From NCBI RefSeq assembly GCF_002113885.1, contig NW_018403786.1, forward strand, positions 792,776 through 856,775: 64,000 nt of DNA. Direction: 5' to 3'. Below, in pieces: positions 1 through 13,361 of the stretch. Below the pieces are notes generated by a model. The model was not told where the DNA came from. It saw nothing but the letters and a program-made list of their open reading frames with translations, and made no database searches. Numbering within the stretch: position 1 is the first letter of the stretch; the number at the start of each line of letters is the position of its first letter. Both the position numbers and the translations under genes were made by a program. This DNA is from Mizuhopecten yessoensis (taxonomy: Eukaryota).

Positions 1-454
1 TAATCATCTAAAACGGTAAAAATCATATGAAACTTTAAATAGTCATACCAAACGGCAAATAATCATACAAAACGGTTAATAAACATATAAAACAGTAAAT
101 ATATAGAGCACATCAAATCTGTAAAGAAGTTTAAAGGGTGCATAGTGTTTATAAACTTAGAAAGTCAAACCTATTCATGAATATAGAAAATCAAAGTTGT
201 AAATTAACAATACCAGTTCAGGCAATAAGAATTATGCAGACTACAGGCGGTTTATTGATAAACATGTAAAAAGCTGTAAATAACCGAGAGCAAAGCTGTA
301 AATAAATATACAGCTGTTAATATATAGTCATCCAACCCGTAAAAAAACCTTGGAACTCAAATATGTGCATGTGTTAATGTAATCCCAGATGTAAAAAAAT
401 TAATTCAAGTTTGATTTTTTTTATAGAGAAATCAAGTTGAAAAAGAATATAAAG

Positions 455-660
455 TGGCCAAGCTGTGAATAGATAAGGAATGCCAAGCTGTAAACAAGTT
501 CACGCAGGCCAAGCTGTTATTAAATAAAGCTCAAGCTGTAAATAAATGTAGAGAGGGGTCAAGCTGTAAATAAATGTAGAGAGGTCAAGCTGTAAATAAA
601 GGTAGAGATGGTAAGCTGTAAATAAATGTAAAGAGGTCAAGCTGTAAATATATATAGAGA
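455..660 (+). repeat. ~26-bp degenerate minisatellite
   Basis: Recurring AAGCTGTAAATAAATGTAGAGAGGTC; older copies back to ~270. Confidence 0.75.
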
Positions 661-1439
661 GAAACACACTTATACATGTATTTAAAGTATATTTGTGTAT
701 GGATACAGAAGGACTAATTCATTTCGACCTTTAAATATGGAAGGTCCAAGTCTTAATAAAATACAGTCCTAGCTGGAGGATTCAGGCGGTAGAGACGTGT
801 GGTTTCAGAGAGGCGTACATATTTCTAAGGCGAAATAAGAGTATCTAGTGAATAAATCGAAATGCTACACAAAGCCCCGAAAGCTACTCAAATGGGTAAT
901 GTTGCATTTATAAATGTATAAACCATGGCCGATGTTTTTGTACTTTATCGTTAGAAATTATTTTGTGGTATTTTCCTTCAAATTATTTCAAACGTGATTA
1001 GATAAGCCTAGTTGCTATGTTTACCTAATTATTGCTGTGCAATATCAATATGATATGCTTGGTTGATTCTCCCTTTACATCGAGCCCTCATCTATAGCGA
1101 GCTCACGTTATGTTAAAGCTTTGTTACCTTACTTATTTCTTTCCTCTAATTATGTTTATAAAGTTTGTTTTCATTAATTAACATCTATATGTATATTTAT
1201 AGAGCTATAGTCTTGTTTTCAGTAAAGGTTGACATTACGTGCGTGTATTTCAATGTTTTCTTTAATGGTAACATCACATTTGGTTTGTAGGTAACCTAAA
1301 TAGGCTTATGGAAACACGAGACTGATCGATGTCCCACTCCTCCCCGTTGCGTTGTAACATTGTATGTTTGAGCACAATTCTTTTGTATCGGTCGTGTGGA
1401 ACCTCACAAAAGTGTAGTAACTGAAGGATAACTTCAGTT

Positions 1440-1514
1440 ACAATGTACCATTGCTCCTGTCGTGATAACAGATGAAAACATGGAGAACTAAAACAACATC
1501 CACCGAAAACCAAG
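1440..1514 (+). other. Putative non-coding first exon of gene A (start approximate)
   Basis: Strong donor CCAAG|GTAAGAT, the same AAG|GTAAGAT seen upstream of B and C; the ATG exon is preceded by an acceptor at 3729. Confidence 0.45.
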
Positions 1515-3340
1515 GTAAGATAAAATGAGATGATGTATCAAACATCCTTTCATTTGTAATTATCCCCAATACGATAAAGGTCTTACATAGACACATTGCA
1601 CCGGTTGCTATTTCGACTTTACGATGCATTTTCAATAAAGTTAATGAGCCTGACGTTGTCTAAAAAATAAAACAAAACATGATGTATTTAGAATACATAA
1701 TACAATACCAACATGGCCGCACATACCTCGATAAATAGTTTAAATCTTGGTTTAATGAAGGGCGTGTTGCTGTGTTTTTGCCGTAACAATTGTTTTTTAT
1801 CAGGAAAAATTCGATTTTTGAGATAAATTATTAAGCCGGGTTCTCTGTTAAGAATCTTTCAAAATATTCAACAGATCGTTAAAGAATGCCAAATGCATGT
1901 GTTGCAAGTCCGATGAGTTAATGTATGATGTCGAGACTTTAGCTTTTGTGTATTGTCAGACAAAAATAGTACAAGTAGATCTGACCTAGTTTCACATCTT
2001 GATACACATAGTACATGACTATAACTATAGTCTCACCACTGTCAATTCAACATGAACCCTGTCCGGGTAGTTACAACGAAGAATAGAGCTTTTGTGTTAT
2101 ATGCCGGTTATACCTCGAAGTAAAGTAACCTTACCTTCCATTGTATTTTAGCGTTCATTCGAGAGGTATACGATTCAAGGTACTCCTTTTATTACTGTCC
2201 ATTAAATCTATACAATTGAGAAATACAGAAACGATCAGGTATCCCTAATTATTTGCACTTTTGACACTCTGATTTATATAACCATGTAAATGGGCGACAA
2301 CTCGGGTATTATCACCACTAACGATATGACCACGAAACAAGACGAAAATAGACTACAAGGTAAAGTATATATTGTAATGGAACCGTTCACTGTGACTGCA
2401 GAACTGTCATGACACACGCTAATGTGTACACGTCATTGCCGTCATATATAAAGACGATAATGTATCTATAATCATCAAACTTTAAAGGTACAATCATCAG
2501 TTTGTGTTAAGTTCATTTTTTCAAGACATGAGGTCGTACACTCTGCAGTAACCGTAACATTGATAGCCACAATAATCTCTTCTTTTAGGTAGCGACACGT
2601 GTCTCTTTACTTATTAATTTAAAATTAAACAGAGATCGTTTATATTTTGAAATTCATCAATTAAGGGGTTTACGCTCCCCTTCCTTCTGATTCAGCAATG
2701 AATTTGACCAATTTGGATTTAAAACTTTTTGGTTCTAGCATCAACATAGCCCTAGAAGGAGGAAACAGCTGTATAATGTAATGTAATTAAAGTTTGGCTT
2801 TTGTATCTATTACCAAATTCTAAAGGTGCTTTCACCTGTGTATGTGTATGTGTGGGTGTGTGTGTGTTACGTCTATCTCTCACACATATACATGCAAACG
2901 CACACACATGTGAAATAACAGCTAATATCTATTTGACGCCATTTTATATTTGGACACAAATCAAGTTGACGTGCGTATTAAGGTGTTTGCGAACCTACGT
3001 TGTGATCCCGCATATAAAAAAAAGATTTATGATATAACCATATAATAATATTAAATTTGCAGTTATCAACGTCACCAATACATACTCCTGATTCAAACCT
3101 TACCTTTCTGTCGGACCATGCGACTCCTCCGTTCATTAATTAATTAATCCATTCATTCATTTATTCATCATTCATAGTGATATATATCTTGTTTTGTCTC
3201 CTTGATTGGCAAGGTGTTGTCTTCTTGTATCATTATTAAGTAATATTTCCTTGTGCGTCGACAATGTGTTACTTTCTTTCTAGTGTTTTTCCGTTCCAAT
3301 TATGATCTACCATTGCTTTATGTTAACTTCAATATCGATA

Positions 3341-3677
3341 TTAAAGAATCTGTGTATTCCATCAGATTCCATTAAAGTTTCTTTGTATTTCATCAGATTC
3401 CATTAAAGTATCTGTGTATTCCATCAGATTCCATTAAAGTATCTGTGTATTCCATCAGATTCCATTAAAGTATCTGTGTATTCCATCAGATTCCATTTAA
3501 GTATCTGTGTATTCCATCAGATTCCATTAAAGTATCTGTGTATTCCATCAGATTCCATTAAAGTATCTGTGTATTTCATCAGACTCCATTTTAAAGTATC
3601 TGTGTATTCCATCAGATTCCATTGAAGTATCTGTGTATTTCATCAGAGTCCATTAAAGTATTTGTGTATTCCATCAT
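3341..3677 (+). repeat. 31-bp minisatellite, ~11 copies
   Basis: CCATCAGATTCCATTAAAGTATCTGTGTATT. Confidence 0.95.
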
Positions 3678-3738
3678 TTAGAAAATATTTTATAAAAACA
3701 AGTTTTAATTCAAGTCTGTCATATTACAGTGACTCGTC

Positions 3739-6700
3739 ATGGATGTGACCCGCATATTATTTTGCATGCTATTGACTTGGACAAACACTGCTACCATACA
3801 GGGTAAGTAACTGTTTGGTAACAATACCCTGTATGCTATCAAATCACAATACACATATAAAAATCAAAATATTTACCGAAGAAGGATGGAGATTGGAATA
3901 CATTGTGTTTTTATTGTACTATTATATCAAAAGAAAATACGACCTTCAGATCGTAAATAATATATTTTGGGAAAAAACACACTCTAATAATAAAATATCC
4001 TTAACAATTAACTTAAATAAAATGCCTCATTTCTTCCATAATCCCACAACAAAGGGAAAATGGAACAGCGTGCGATTATTTCACTTTTTCATGTTAAACC
4101 AAATTTTATCTTTTATCCCTTGCAAGAAATATTTCTTTTCAGCGGTTTCCATACCTAGCCACCCATCTTCAAATGGCAATGGCTGTAGCAAGAACGTTAA
4201 AACCTTTACAAGAATTCAAAATTAACATTGAACAAACATACTATGATTTTCTCAATGTGTATTATAATTAACCTTTTAATAAAATTTCACTGTGTGGTAT
4301 TATTTTACTGACTGATTTTCTTTGCTTCGTGATATAATATCACATTGTTGTGTTATTCACTGTGTGACGTTTTTTGCTCTGTGATATTATTTCATACTTT
4401 GGTGTTACTGTAGAATTGTGCTGTTTTTTAAAATGAGATATTACATCTAACGGGCGTTCGTTGTCAAAGTTTCCTTCCGTTTGAAACAAAATGATATATG
4501 ATAGAAAAAAAATAAGTCAATTGTTCTGCTATAGATTTATTTATTACCTTTAAATATGTTTGATATTTATGAAATTTTCTACTTGCTATTTTTTGATGGT
4601 CATTAATTCATATTACCAATAGTTTATAAAAATGCTCACCTTAATATTATAATACAATTTTGTTTCCCCCTCATTGTTACTGTTTTTCAGGTTATACGAT
4701 AACCTAAATCACGGAAAACAAAAAAAGTCATGATGTCGTTTAGTTGTAGTTGCTTCGCCATGAAATAACTGCGCATTGTTGTGTTTTGTGCAAAATGATT
4801 TACTTTTTAATAAACGAGTTTTCTTTTGCTATCGACTAATGAAATGTTGTGTGTCTGCTAAATTAATTTGTTTTTAGATTATACGGTATGTACTGAAAAA
4901 CCTGTGTGCACTTTGCAGAAGTCCGCGTAACGGTTTATGAACAAAATAGCACACGGATTTTTCGGTATATACAACATAATCCTAAATATATCCCGGTTAT
5001 TCCTTAATATCCATAATAATTCACGATTTTGTTCACAGCTCGGGAGGGGCCACCAGTTATTCTTTCCCAGTCTTTTCGCGAGGTCTACTACACGTTCTAC
5101 ACATCAAGCGTCAATCTCTCATGTACAGCAGACGGCTCATTTCCACTGACGTAAGTGAGGTGTAGGATTGATGTTACTGTTTTGTCGTCCTGATAAAAAG
5201 GTAGCTACATCCTGGCGATTTGGCTAGGGCGAAAATCTTGGAGCTAAGGTACCAAATGGCAGTTGTTACAATATTGTTAAACACGCTCTCTTGTACATAG
5301 TATGTATGCTACTTTATCCAGCAGGATCAATACCCCTTTTGTATATTGTGTAAATGAGCACCTGGTGTATATTCAGTAATGGTAATACATATCAAACCTT
5401 GCCTTATCTTCTTATTGTGTATACATTCAATATAGTGTGTATGTTCAATTTTACCACATCATTTTTGCTTTCTCCAGAACAAGTTTAATATATGGTAATG
5501 TGACTATATATTTATAAACTCTCTCCAAAACAGGTGGAACTTATGTTAAATGTAACCATATCTTTATTAGTTCTCTCTCAAACAAATGGAATGTATGTAA
5601 AATATAAATGTAATTTGTTAAAGCATACATGTATCTTAATACGGTGCGGATGGTTCATAAATTGTGAACATGTATTTATGTGTAGCTATAACGATTGGTA
5701 AAAGCTTTCTTCTCTCACAACTCTTTTGGTTGTTTTATTTTGTTTTATTGCAGCTTTGTTTGGGAACATTATGGAGCGGTAATCCAGAATATCACCGTAT
5801 ATAATTATGTATCAAATTTAACACTGAAACCTCAAGAAACATCATGGGTCGCAGGCACATACACTTGCATTGTGGGAAATAGGTATGGCCGTACGTCGAG
5901 TGACAGTATGGAGTTAACGGAAGTTACGCTATACCCAAGCACCACTCCTAGTGACGTAGTGTACGAATATCCTCCTCTGAACATGCCATATACGTTACGG
6001 TGTGACCATCCGAACAGTAACATAAAACCGGAAGTACAATGGATCAAGACCACAAAAACCGGAAACACGCCACGACGGATACAATATAATGAACGGATCA
6101 CATACGACACAACTGGTATGTCTTGATGATTACAAATTTCTATAATTTCATAAATATCAACAATCGGTTTCATATTCAAAATGTGGGTGTAAGAGCTTAT
6201 TTAGTTCGATGTCGTCATTTGCATGATTAATACATTGCAATTGCATACATGACGTCATTATTCCTCCGCCGACTACGTTTTCTTAAAATTAATACGGGGT
6301 AAAAAATGAATTGCAGGTAACGCATATGCTGATGCGGAGAACGAATATGTCTGCTATGTCTCACTACATTATTGTATAGGACGACTGATGTGGCCCATCG
6401 AAGCATCAGGGGTTTTCTGCTGCTTCTTCTACTCAACATAATTGCCACTGAAACACTAAGGACGCCCATATTTCTTTCTTCTTCCACATTTTTTCTTTTC
6501 GGTGTATATGGCAGCGTTTTGTATATTTTCGGTGTATATGTCAAAATAATATAACCGATTGAGGTGACATTCTTAAGTCAATGTTTCAGTGAGATAGCAC
6601 TTAACTATAGCCCTTGAGCTGCCCTATCATCTTAAGCCGCCGTCTGTGACCTATAAGAGGACACAAAACCCCAAAGCAACGCCTTGTTTACCTTGTTTGC

Positions 6701-9700
6701 CTTGTGGACCTATTCTTCCGCACAAATCCTCTTGATACCTTACATGTCATATACAGGCTTAAGAATGGTATTGATTGTACATTTATATAAAAACAAAAGT
6801 TTAAATTTGATGTATACAAAGACATCGGTTCAATCACTTGTCTAACTGTTTTATTTTTCAACAGGCAGTTTACATTTTGTGTACATCGTTACATCAGACA
6901 GAGGAGGGTACATGTGCAACATTTCCTACCCTGTCCTACAGTATTATATGCTTGGACCGACCGTCATTCTTGAACCAGAAGGTAAAGAAAATTAGTTTTT
7001 CTATAATCGCCAAATCCGCGAATGATAGTCCCAGCGAAAGCATCCTGTTTTCTAATAATGTAAATGCTTTATTTCGAAACATTATTGCCATATCAAGTTC
7101 AAATTAGCATGATTTAGACGCATTTGTATTAACGAGTTTTAAGTTGCTAAAACTATTGATTTTAATGTTCAATGGTAAACCACTGCCTTGACACAATATA
7201 GTATAGTTTTTATGATAATACAGTTTGAGCAAGCATACAAAACAGCAAGGTCTGTTGATTTTGATGTCCAATGGTTAACCACTGCCGTGTCACAATATAG
7301 TATAGTTTTTATGATAATACAGTTTGAGCAAGCATACAAAACAGCAAGGTCTGTATTTTTTCATCACTTCCATGACCTAGTTAAGTGACATATCCTGTAA
7401 TATAACAATAAGGATGTGCTGTTAACTGTCCTTGATGATTATTACCCTAGATAAATGATGACACACGTTCACGAACTGTTTGTCACTTGTAGACATGTAA
7501 CATGGCAGTATAAAACTTATCTATTCGACAAGTGAAGACTAATTTAACTTTCATTGTTATTACATTAGATACTGGATTCCAGCTGTCGACTGAATATCCT
7601 ATGTGGAATTCCGAGGAGTTCCCCACCGCACTGCGAGGTCAAAACCTAACGCTTAGATGTGTTTCTGGTGGAAAGTAAGCTAAACATGTACATTCACTAC
7701 CTTAGGCTATTCCCTACCTTACTGTGGCGTGCATTACCTCATAAAGAAATCCTTTAAAAGATGTTATGAATTGCTAATCAAATAATGGCCTGAAAGATAC
7801 ACAGGTGTGTATGCCTTCACAACAATCCTATACTTTACATTGTATAACAAATGCATCAACACTAGAGTCTTATCGAACTGATATATCATAAATCAAGTAT
7901 GTATATAAATTTACTTACTAGATACTTCTCTAACTAATAAACCAGTAATAAAACATTAGGTTTTCAGCAAACAGTGCTTGTCATAGGTTACCCCGAGTGT
8001 TCACATGGGCTTGTCATAAGTTACCCCGAATGTTCACGTGGGCTTGTCATAGGTTACCCCGAGTGTTCACATGGGCTTGTCATAAGTTATCCCGAGTGTC
8101 CACATGGGCTTGTCATAGGTAACCCCGTGTGTTTACGTGGGCTTGTCATAGGCTACCCCGAGTGGTAGCATGGGCTTGTCATAGGTTACCCCGAGTGTCC
8201 ACGTGGGCTTGTCATAGGTTACCCCGGGTGTTAACGTGGGATAGTCATATGTTACCCCGAGTGTTTACGTGGGCTTGTCATAGGTTACCCTGAGTGTTTA
8301 CGTGGGCTTGTCATAGGCTACCCCGAGTGTTAACGTGGGCTTGTCATAGGTTATCCCGAGTGTTAACGTGGCTTGTCATAGGTCACCCCGAGTGTTCACG
8401 TGGACTTGTCATAGGCTATCCTGAGTGTTAACGTGGGCTTGCCAAAGGTTACCCCGAGTGTTTACGTGGGCTTGTCATAGGTTACCCCGAGTGTTTACGT
8501 GGGCTTGTCATAGGTTACGTGGTCATGTTAATTTTTATTTCCACTGGTTTCTATTTCACCTTTGTTCCTTTCGTTTATAAATCAAAATACTGATAATCGT
8601 ATGTTGAAACTCCGTAGGCAAACAAAACCTCTCATTATTATTTCAGCCCGATTCCACAAATTAGATGGCAGAAGATTGAGGAAGATGGTACCGTTTTACC
8701 AGCGTTAAATCAGAATATTCAGGACCACGGTCGAAGTCTGACATTTCAGAACCTTAAATTTACAGATCGTGGGGAATATGAATGTACCACGGAAACACAA
8801 ACTATCCGGTTTGATGTGACAGTAGAGAGTGAGTGGTCTTATTTGCTCTGCTAGAATTTCAATATTATTTATTCAAACGTACGACAGCCCAGATCGTCCG
8901 TGAGGTGTAGAACGTGTGAAGCTCCAGTACCCATGAGGTCTATAGTGCGCGATAGAGCAGGTCGGCAATGATATCATCAGTGTGTGAAGTCTCGTTCAAC
9001 CAGACGCTTGATCACCTGTTTGGCGTTGCTTGTGCAGACAACAAGAGTCTGGTTGAACGAGACTACATTGTGTGACAAGCCTTGCTCGCTGTGAGGTCAA
9101 GTTCGTTTGAATGACCTCCAGATTTTGAGTGTTTGACACTCACGATCAATCGTGAGGTTCAGATTCGAGGACAACGTGGTCGGCAATGAAGTATAAAGCA
9201 TTTGATAATCCTCGGTTGGTTTCAATATAAAAAGTATATATGTGACAGACGACCTTGAGATAAGGAAAATGCAATAACCCCAGTTGCATCAAGAGCATGT
9301 GACCGTCCCCGGTCAGCCGTGAATATTAAGAAGTTCTGAACGTACGCCCCGTTTGAACATTTTAAAAGACACTTACCCTTCCAGAACACCTTGCATTATC
9401 ATTGACTTTTTCAGGGTTTCTTTGTAAATGTTTGATTATTCTGCATTTAGCCTAGATTTAATGTATTAAGTTCGGGTAGTAGTTTTGTTTACATTGAGCG
9501 TTTTTCACTGCAATACTGTTTGATTTGCAGAATACGAAAGGGGATTTCACCGATATATGTTGTTATTCGTATAAAAAATCGTTTAAAAGCAAGTACATTT
9601 TAGAACTCGCATAATACGAAAACGTTATCATAAGAAACAATTATGTGATTGTCATAAAACATTCCACACCTTCAACGATCTTGATGTAGCGTCTGTCATT

Positions 9701-12700
9701 TAGACATGTAGCCCTCTTAAGCTGAACTGTTGTTGTGCTATGTAAACATCAAGATGTCCTTATAGATGTCAAATGATATTTTGTTTTCAAAGGTACACCA
9801 TTTTGGATAGAAAAACCTAAACCAATCATCACTTCAGCAGGTACTGCAAATCCTCTCCCGTTTTTCTGTAGAGCGTACGGGGAACCTGTACCTGATATCT
9901 CGTGGTATATCAACACTGTGTCAGCGGCTGGTACGTATGTTCATACCGGAAGGAACATAAGGACTTAACTACATAAAGACTATGATTACAAATGGTTCAT
10001 AGACAGATGTTAATTGTCTTCAAGCAGATTTCCAAAAGTACAATTTATACTTAAAAACTGAAGAGTTACATTTTTTATTATTCAAACACATACATCAACA
10101 GTGTGACATTTTTTATTCAGGAAATACCTCCTCACCTATTTGGAGTGTGGGGGGTGGGGAGTATTAACTGTACATACTACGATGTATATGTTTTTATGAC
10201 AATATTGCAATAGAACATAAAGATACATTCTGATTTCATCTACAAATATGCCTTCTATCATTCCAGATCAAAATAATAACTTGGCGATTTATCATGTCAA
10301 CTCTACGCAAACCATCGACATGGCTTATAGTGTACTATACGTTACTACAAACGTCTCATTCTCCCTCAAATGTGTGTGTCACAATAACCACGGAAGTATT
10401 TCCTCCTACAGCTACCTATACATAACAGGTAAGCCTACGTGAGCATAACAAGTAAGCCTGCGTAAATATAACAGGTACGCTTACCTATCCATAACATGTA
10501 AGCCTACATAAACTAAACAGGTAAGCCTTCTTAAACACAACAAGTTAGCCTACCTTTCCGTAACGGGTAAGCCTATTTAAACAAAACAGGTACACTTACC
10601 TGTTCATGTAACAAGCTCGCCTACCTTTACGTAACAGGTAAGCATTTTAAGATAAAACAGGTACACTTATCTGTTCATGTAACAAGCTCGCCTACCTTTT
10701 CGTAACAGGTAAGCCTATTTAGATAAAACAGGTACACTTACCTGTTCATGTAACAAGCTCGCCTACCTTTTCGTAATGGGTAAGCCGATTTAGATAAAAC
10801 ATGTACACTTACCTGTTCATGTAACAAGCTCGCCTACCTTTTCGTAACAGGTAAGCATTTTAAGATAAAACAGGCACACTTACCTATTCATGTAACAACA
10901 TATCAGTAAACCTACTTATACATCACAGATATGATTTTCGGTAAATAACATATATGCATCGTAGTATCGTTCCTTGCTCATTGCACGAATACAAAGAAAC
11001 AGTACCTTCATGTAATTCTTATATTCCAGAACGGGTTACTCATCCACCAACAATTATACCAACCATTAAAACAACTCATATACCGTCCTCAAAGACAACT
11101 CCAGCATCAACCACGGCATCAACCACGGCTTCAACCACGGCATCAACAACGGCATCAACTACGACATCAACCCCATCTCCAACTACACGACCAACTCCGG
11201 CACCAACCTCTAAGCAACCTGCAGTGCCAACTCAAGCACCGAGTGAAGTGTCTGACAGCTCAAACACCGCCGTGATAGGTGGGGCGGCGGGAGCTGGTGT
11301 TGGTGTCGTCATCATTATAATCGCTGTGGTCTACTGTATCTGGTCTAAACGAAGGTACACTTGATTTTCGGTTATATACTGACATGTTATTTTTCTGTAA
11401 TTATACAATAGTGTATTCAGAATACGACAACGAGTGATCATGATCAAACTAATAAAAACAAGAATACATGACATATGTTTAATGCTGAATGAATCTTACT
11501 ATATATTCATCATGACCAAAAGGAATATACATTTTAGCTATATGAAATATATACACCAAAAGTTATAATATATGTATCTATATATTTCCGATAAACTAAT
11601 TAGTTACTGCATAGACTGTATCAGTAACTGGTAATATGTATTAGTGCGCTCTTTTGACTGTAAACTACTTACCCGGGTGTTGATTTTACCTGTGTGGTTT
11701 ACAGATTCTCTGATGGAATTTTACGTTCGTCATCGCTTGATTACCAGTTAAGATACTAAAACATTATTTATTAGATATTAATCAGTACTCTAGTTTTTCA
11801 CATTCAAATTAAATTTTTTTACGAACCCACCACCTCCCGTTTCACAAGTATTTTTTTCTCAATTGGGTTTTCCACCTTTCTGGCCCTTGGCATTATCATG
11901 GAGTCCCAGATGGACGAAACAGTTCCATAATGCAGTGTAATGTTTTTGGCATACACTAGTGTACTGTATATTTAAATACATTTTACATGTACAATTATCT
12001 GTGTCTTACGTTGCTCTTTCTGTTATGATTTCTGCTGAGTTTACTGATGTCGTTACCGTATCTACACCTGCTATGTCCTCTCGTATCTCTTCTGATGATG
12101 TCCTTTTATGATGGCACTTTGATATGTTAAATTTCGTAGATGATAACCATCAAAACCATTCAGGAAGTAACCTAACATTTTATTCCATATCGCCGGCTAG
12201 GCAAAGCATGGACCCAGTACAGAAGTATGATGCTAGAATGGGCTATGGTAACAGAGGATACAGCGACGTAGAAATGGACCGTGTGCAAAAACGCGATCAT
12301 AGGAGGGTGCATAAAAGCGAAATCCTACAAAAGGTATGGCACGATTTCATGTAAAGTAGTAAGATAGGTTATGTCAATAGGATGGACATTTCGTTTAAAT
12401 TCAAGTAACGACAAAACGTATTTAGTGTGTACGGCATTGGAGCAACCGATGACTTGGAAAATTGAAGTTTTATATAGCCATGTTTTTAGGTTTTTAATCT
12501 TGCAACGACTACCTTCAGAGTATTGTGTAACATCGGATTCTTGTTAAGTTAATTGTTTTAAATAGAAAACACATTGGCTCGAGGCTTCCTGTTTAAACTT
12601 CATTCAATATGTATAACATACTTATAACAACATAAACGTTGGAGGGATGGGGAAACAAGCGTATAGCTCTGGTTTGATCTTTTCTCAAATATTCGTCAAG

Positions 12701-13361
12701 AATGAATGTGCAATTTAACAGACATGAGATTTATTATTATTTCATTGAAATTTCACATATTGTATTTACATTTTCAATTGTTTAGCCACACAAGGAAGGA
12801 AAGGGAGAGACCTATACTGGTTTAACTAATGAGAGGGAGAACAAAAAGGGAAATGTGTATGAGCAACTTGGTGGTACCAATAATCCAGCCAATGTAGAAA
12901 ACAAGCCAGAGGAGGCAGAATACTGCTATATTAGTGATGCAGACATTTTGAAGCCTCAGAGACAGTCCCACATTCCTACCTCTGAATCAGCAGCCCCGAC
13001 AGGCGTTTTCAATAAAGAGGTGCCAAATTCTACCAAAACAAAGACACCGGGTGTTAAAGAAGACCCACGAACATCCATGACGAGACCGAACTCTAAACCC
13101 CTACCCGAGGTGCCTCCGACTCAGAATCCGCCATACGGTAAAATTGGTCGTTTCTCCAGTGGCAAGTACTCTGCAGTTGGTAACCCGGCGTATAGCAGTC
13201 GGGTCCCTCAACTCACACAACCAAAACAATTTTCCGCCCTTCCAACGTACATGGAACCTATCACAACAAAACTGTCCGGTCCAACTACCAACCAGGAACC
13301 TGTACCAATAACGCCTGACGATGGTTATTTTAAACTGGAACTCAGGCACGTGAAGATGTGA
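3739..13361 (+). CDS. Gene A: 4-Ig (L1/neuroglian/hemolin-like) type I membrane receptor with ITAM-like tail, 758 aa. Coding exons 3739-3802, 5039-5150, 5754-6115, 6865-6981, 7569-7674, 8647-8828, 9793-9930, 10267-10428, 11030-11354, 12201-12333, 12786-13361
   Basis: All introns are GT-AG with matching phases; total 2277 nt in frame. Signal peptide MDVTRILFCMLLTWTNTATIQA. Ig Cys/Trp pairs: LSCTADG..W..YTC; LRCDHP..W..ERITYD..GSLHF..YMC; PTALRGQNLTLRCVSGGNPIPQIRW..HGRSLTF..DRGEYEC; TPFWIEKP..FCRAYGEPVPDISW..CHNNHG. Then ASTT stalk, TM AVIGGAAGAGVGVVIIIIAVVYCIW-SKRR. Same exon structure as gene C. Confidence 0.9.
7155..7354 (+). repeat. 99-bp tandem duplication
   Basis: Two near-identical copies of CACAATATAGTATAGTTTTTATGATAATACAGTTTGAGCAAGCATACAAAACAGCAAGGTCTGT with their flanks. 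Confidence 0.9.
7975..8522 (+). repeat. 33-bp minisatellite, ~16 copies
   Basis: GGGCTTGTCATAGGTTACCCCGAGTGTTTACGT. Confidence 0.95.
8988..9064. mobile_element. Very short MITE-like inverted repeat
   Basis: AGTCTCGTTCAACCAGACGCTTG ... CAAGAGTCTGGTTGAACGAGACT, 23-bp arms with one mismatch. Confidence 0.65.
10412..10925 (+). repeat. ~23-bp minisatellite with 71-bp higher-order unit, starting at an exon end
   Basis: CTACCTATACATAACAGGTAAGC variants; TACACTTA recurs at 10591, 10662 and 10733. Confidence 0.85.

Noticed and set aside
5832-6179. Antisense ORFs over exons (also 13101-13382, 31998-32186, 36777-36995)
   Set aside because: Shadows of the + strand coding exons.
3739-13361. Calling A or C a true L1CAM/neuroglian/NrCAM ortholog
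   Set aside because: Only four Ig domains, no FnIII, no FIGQY motif; no gene symbol assigned.
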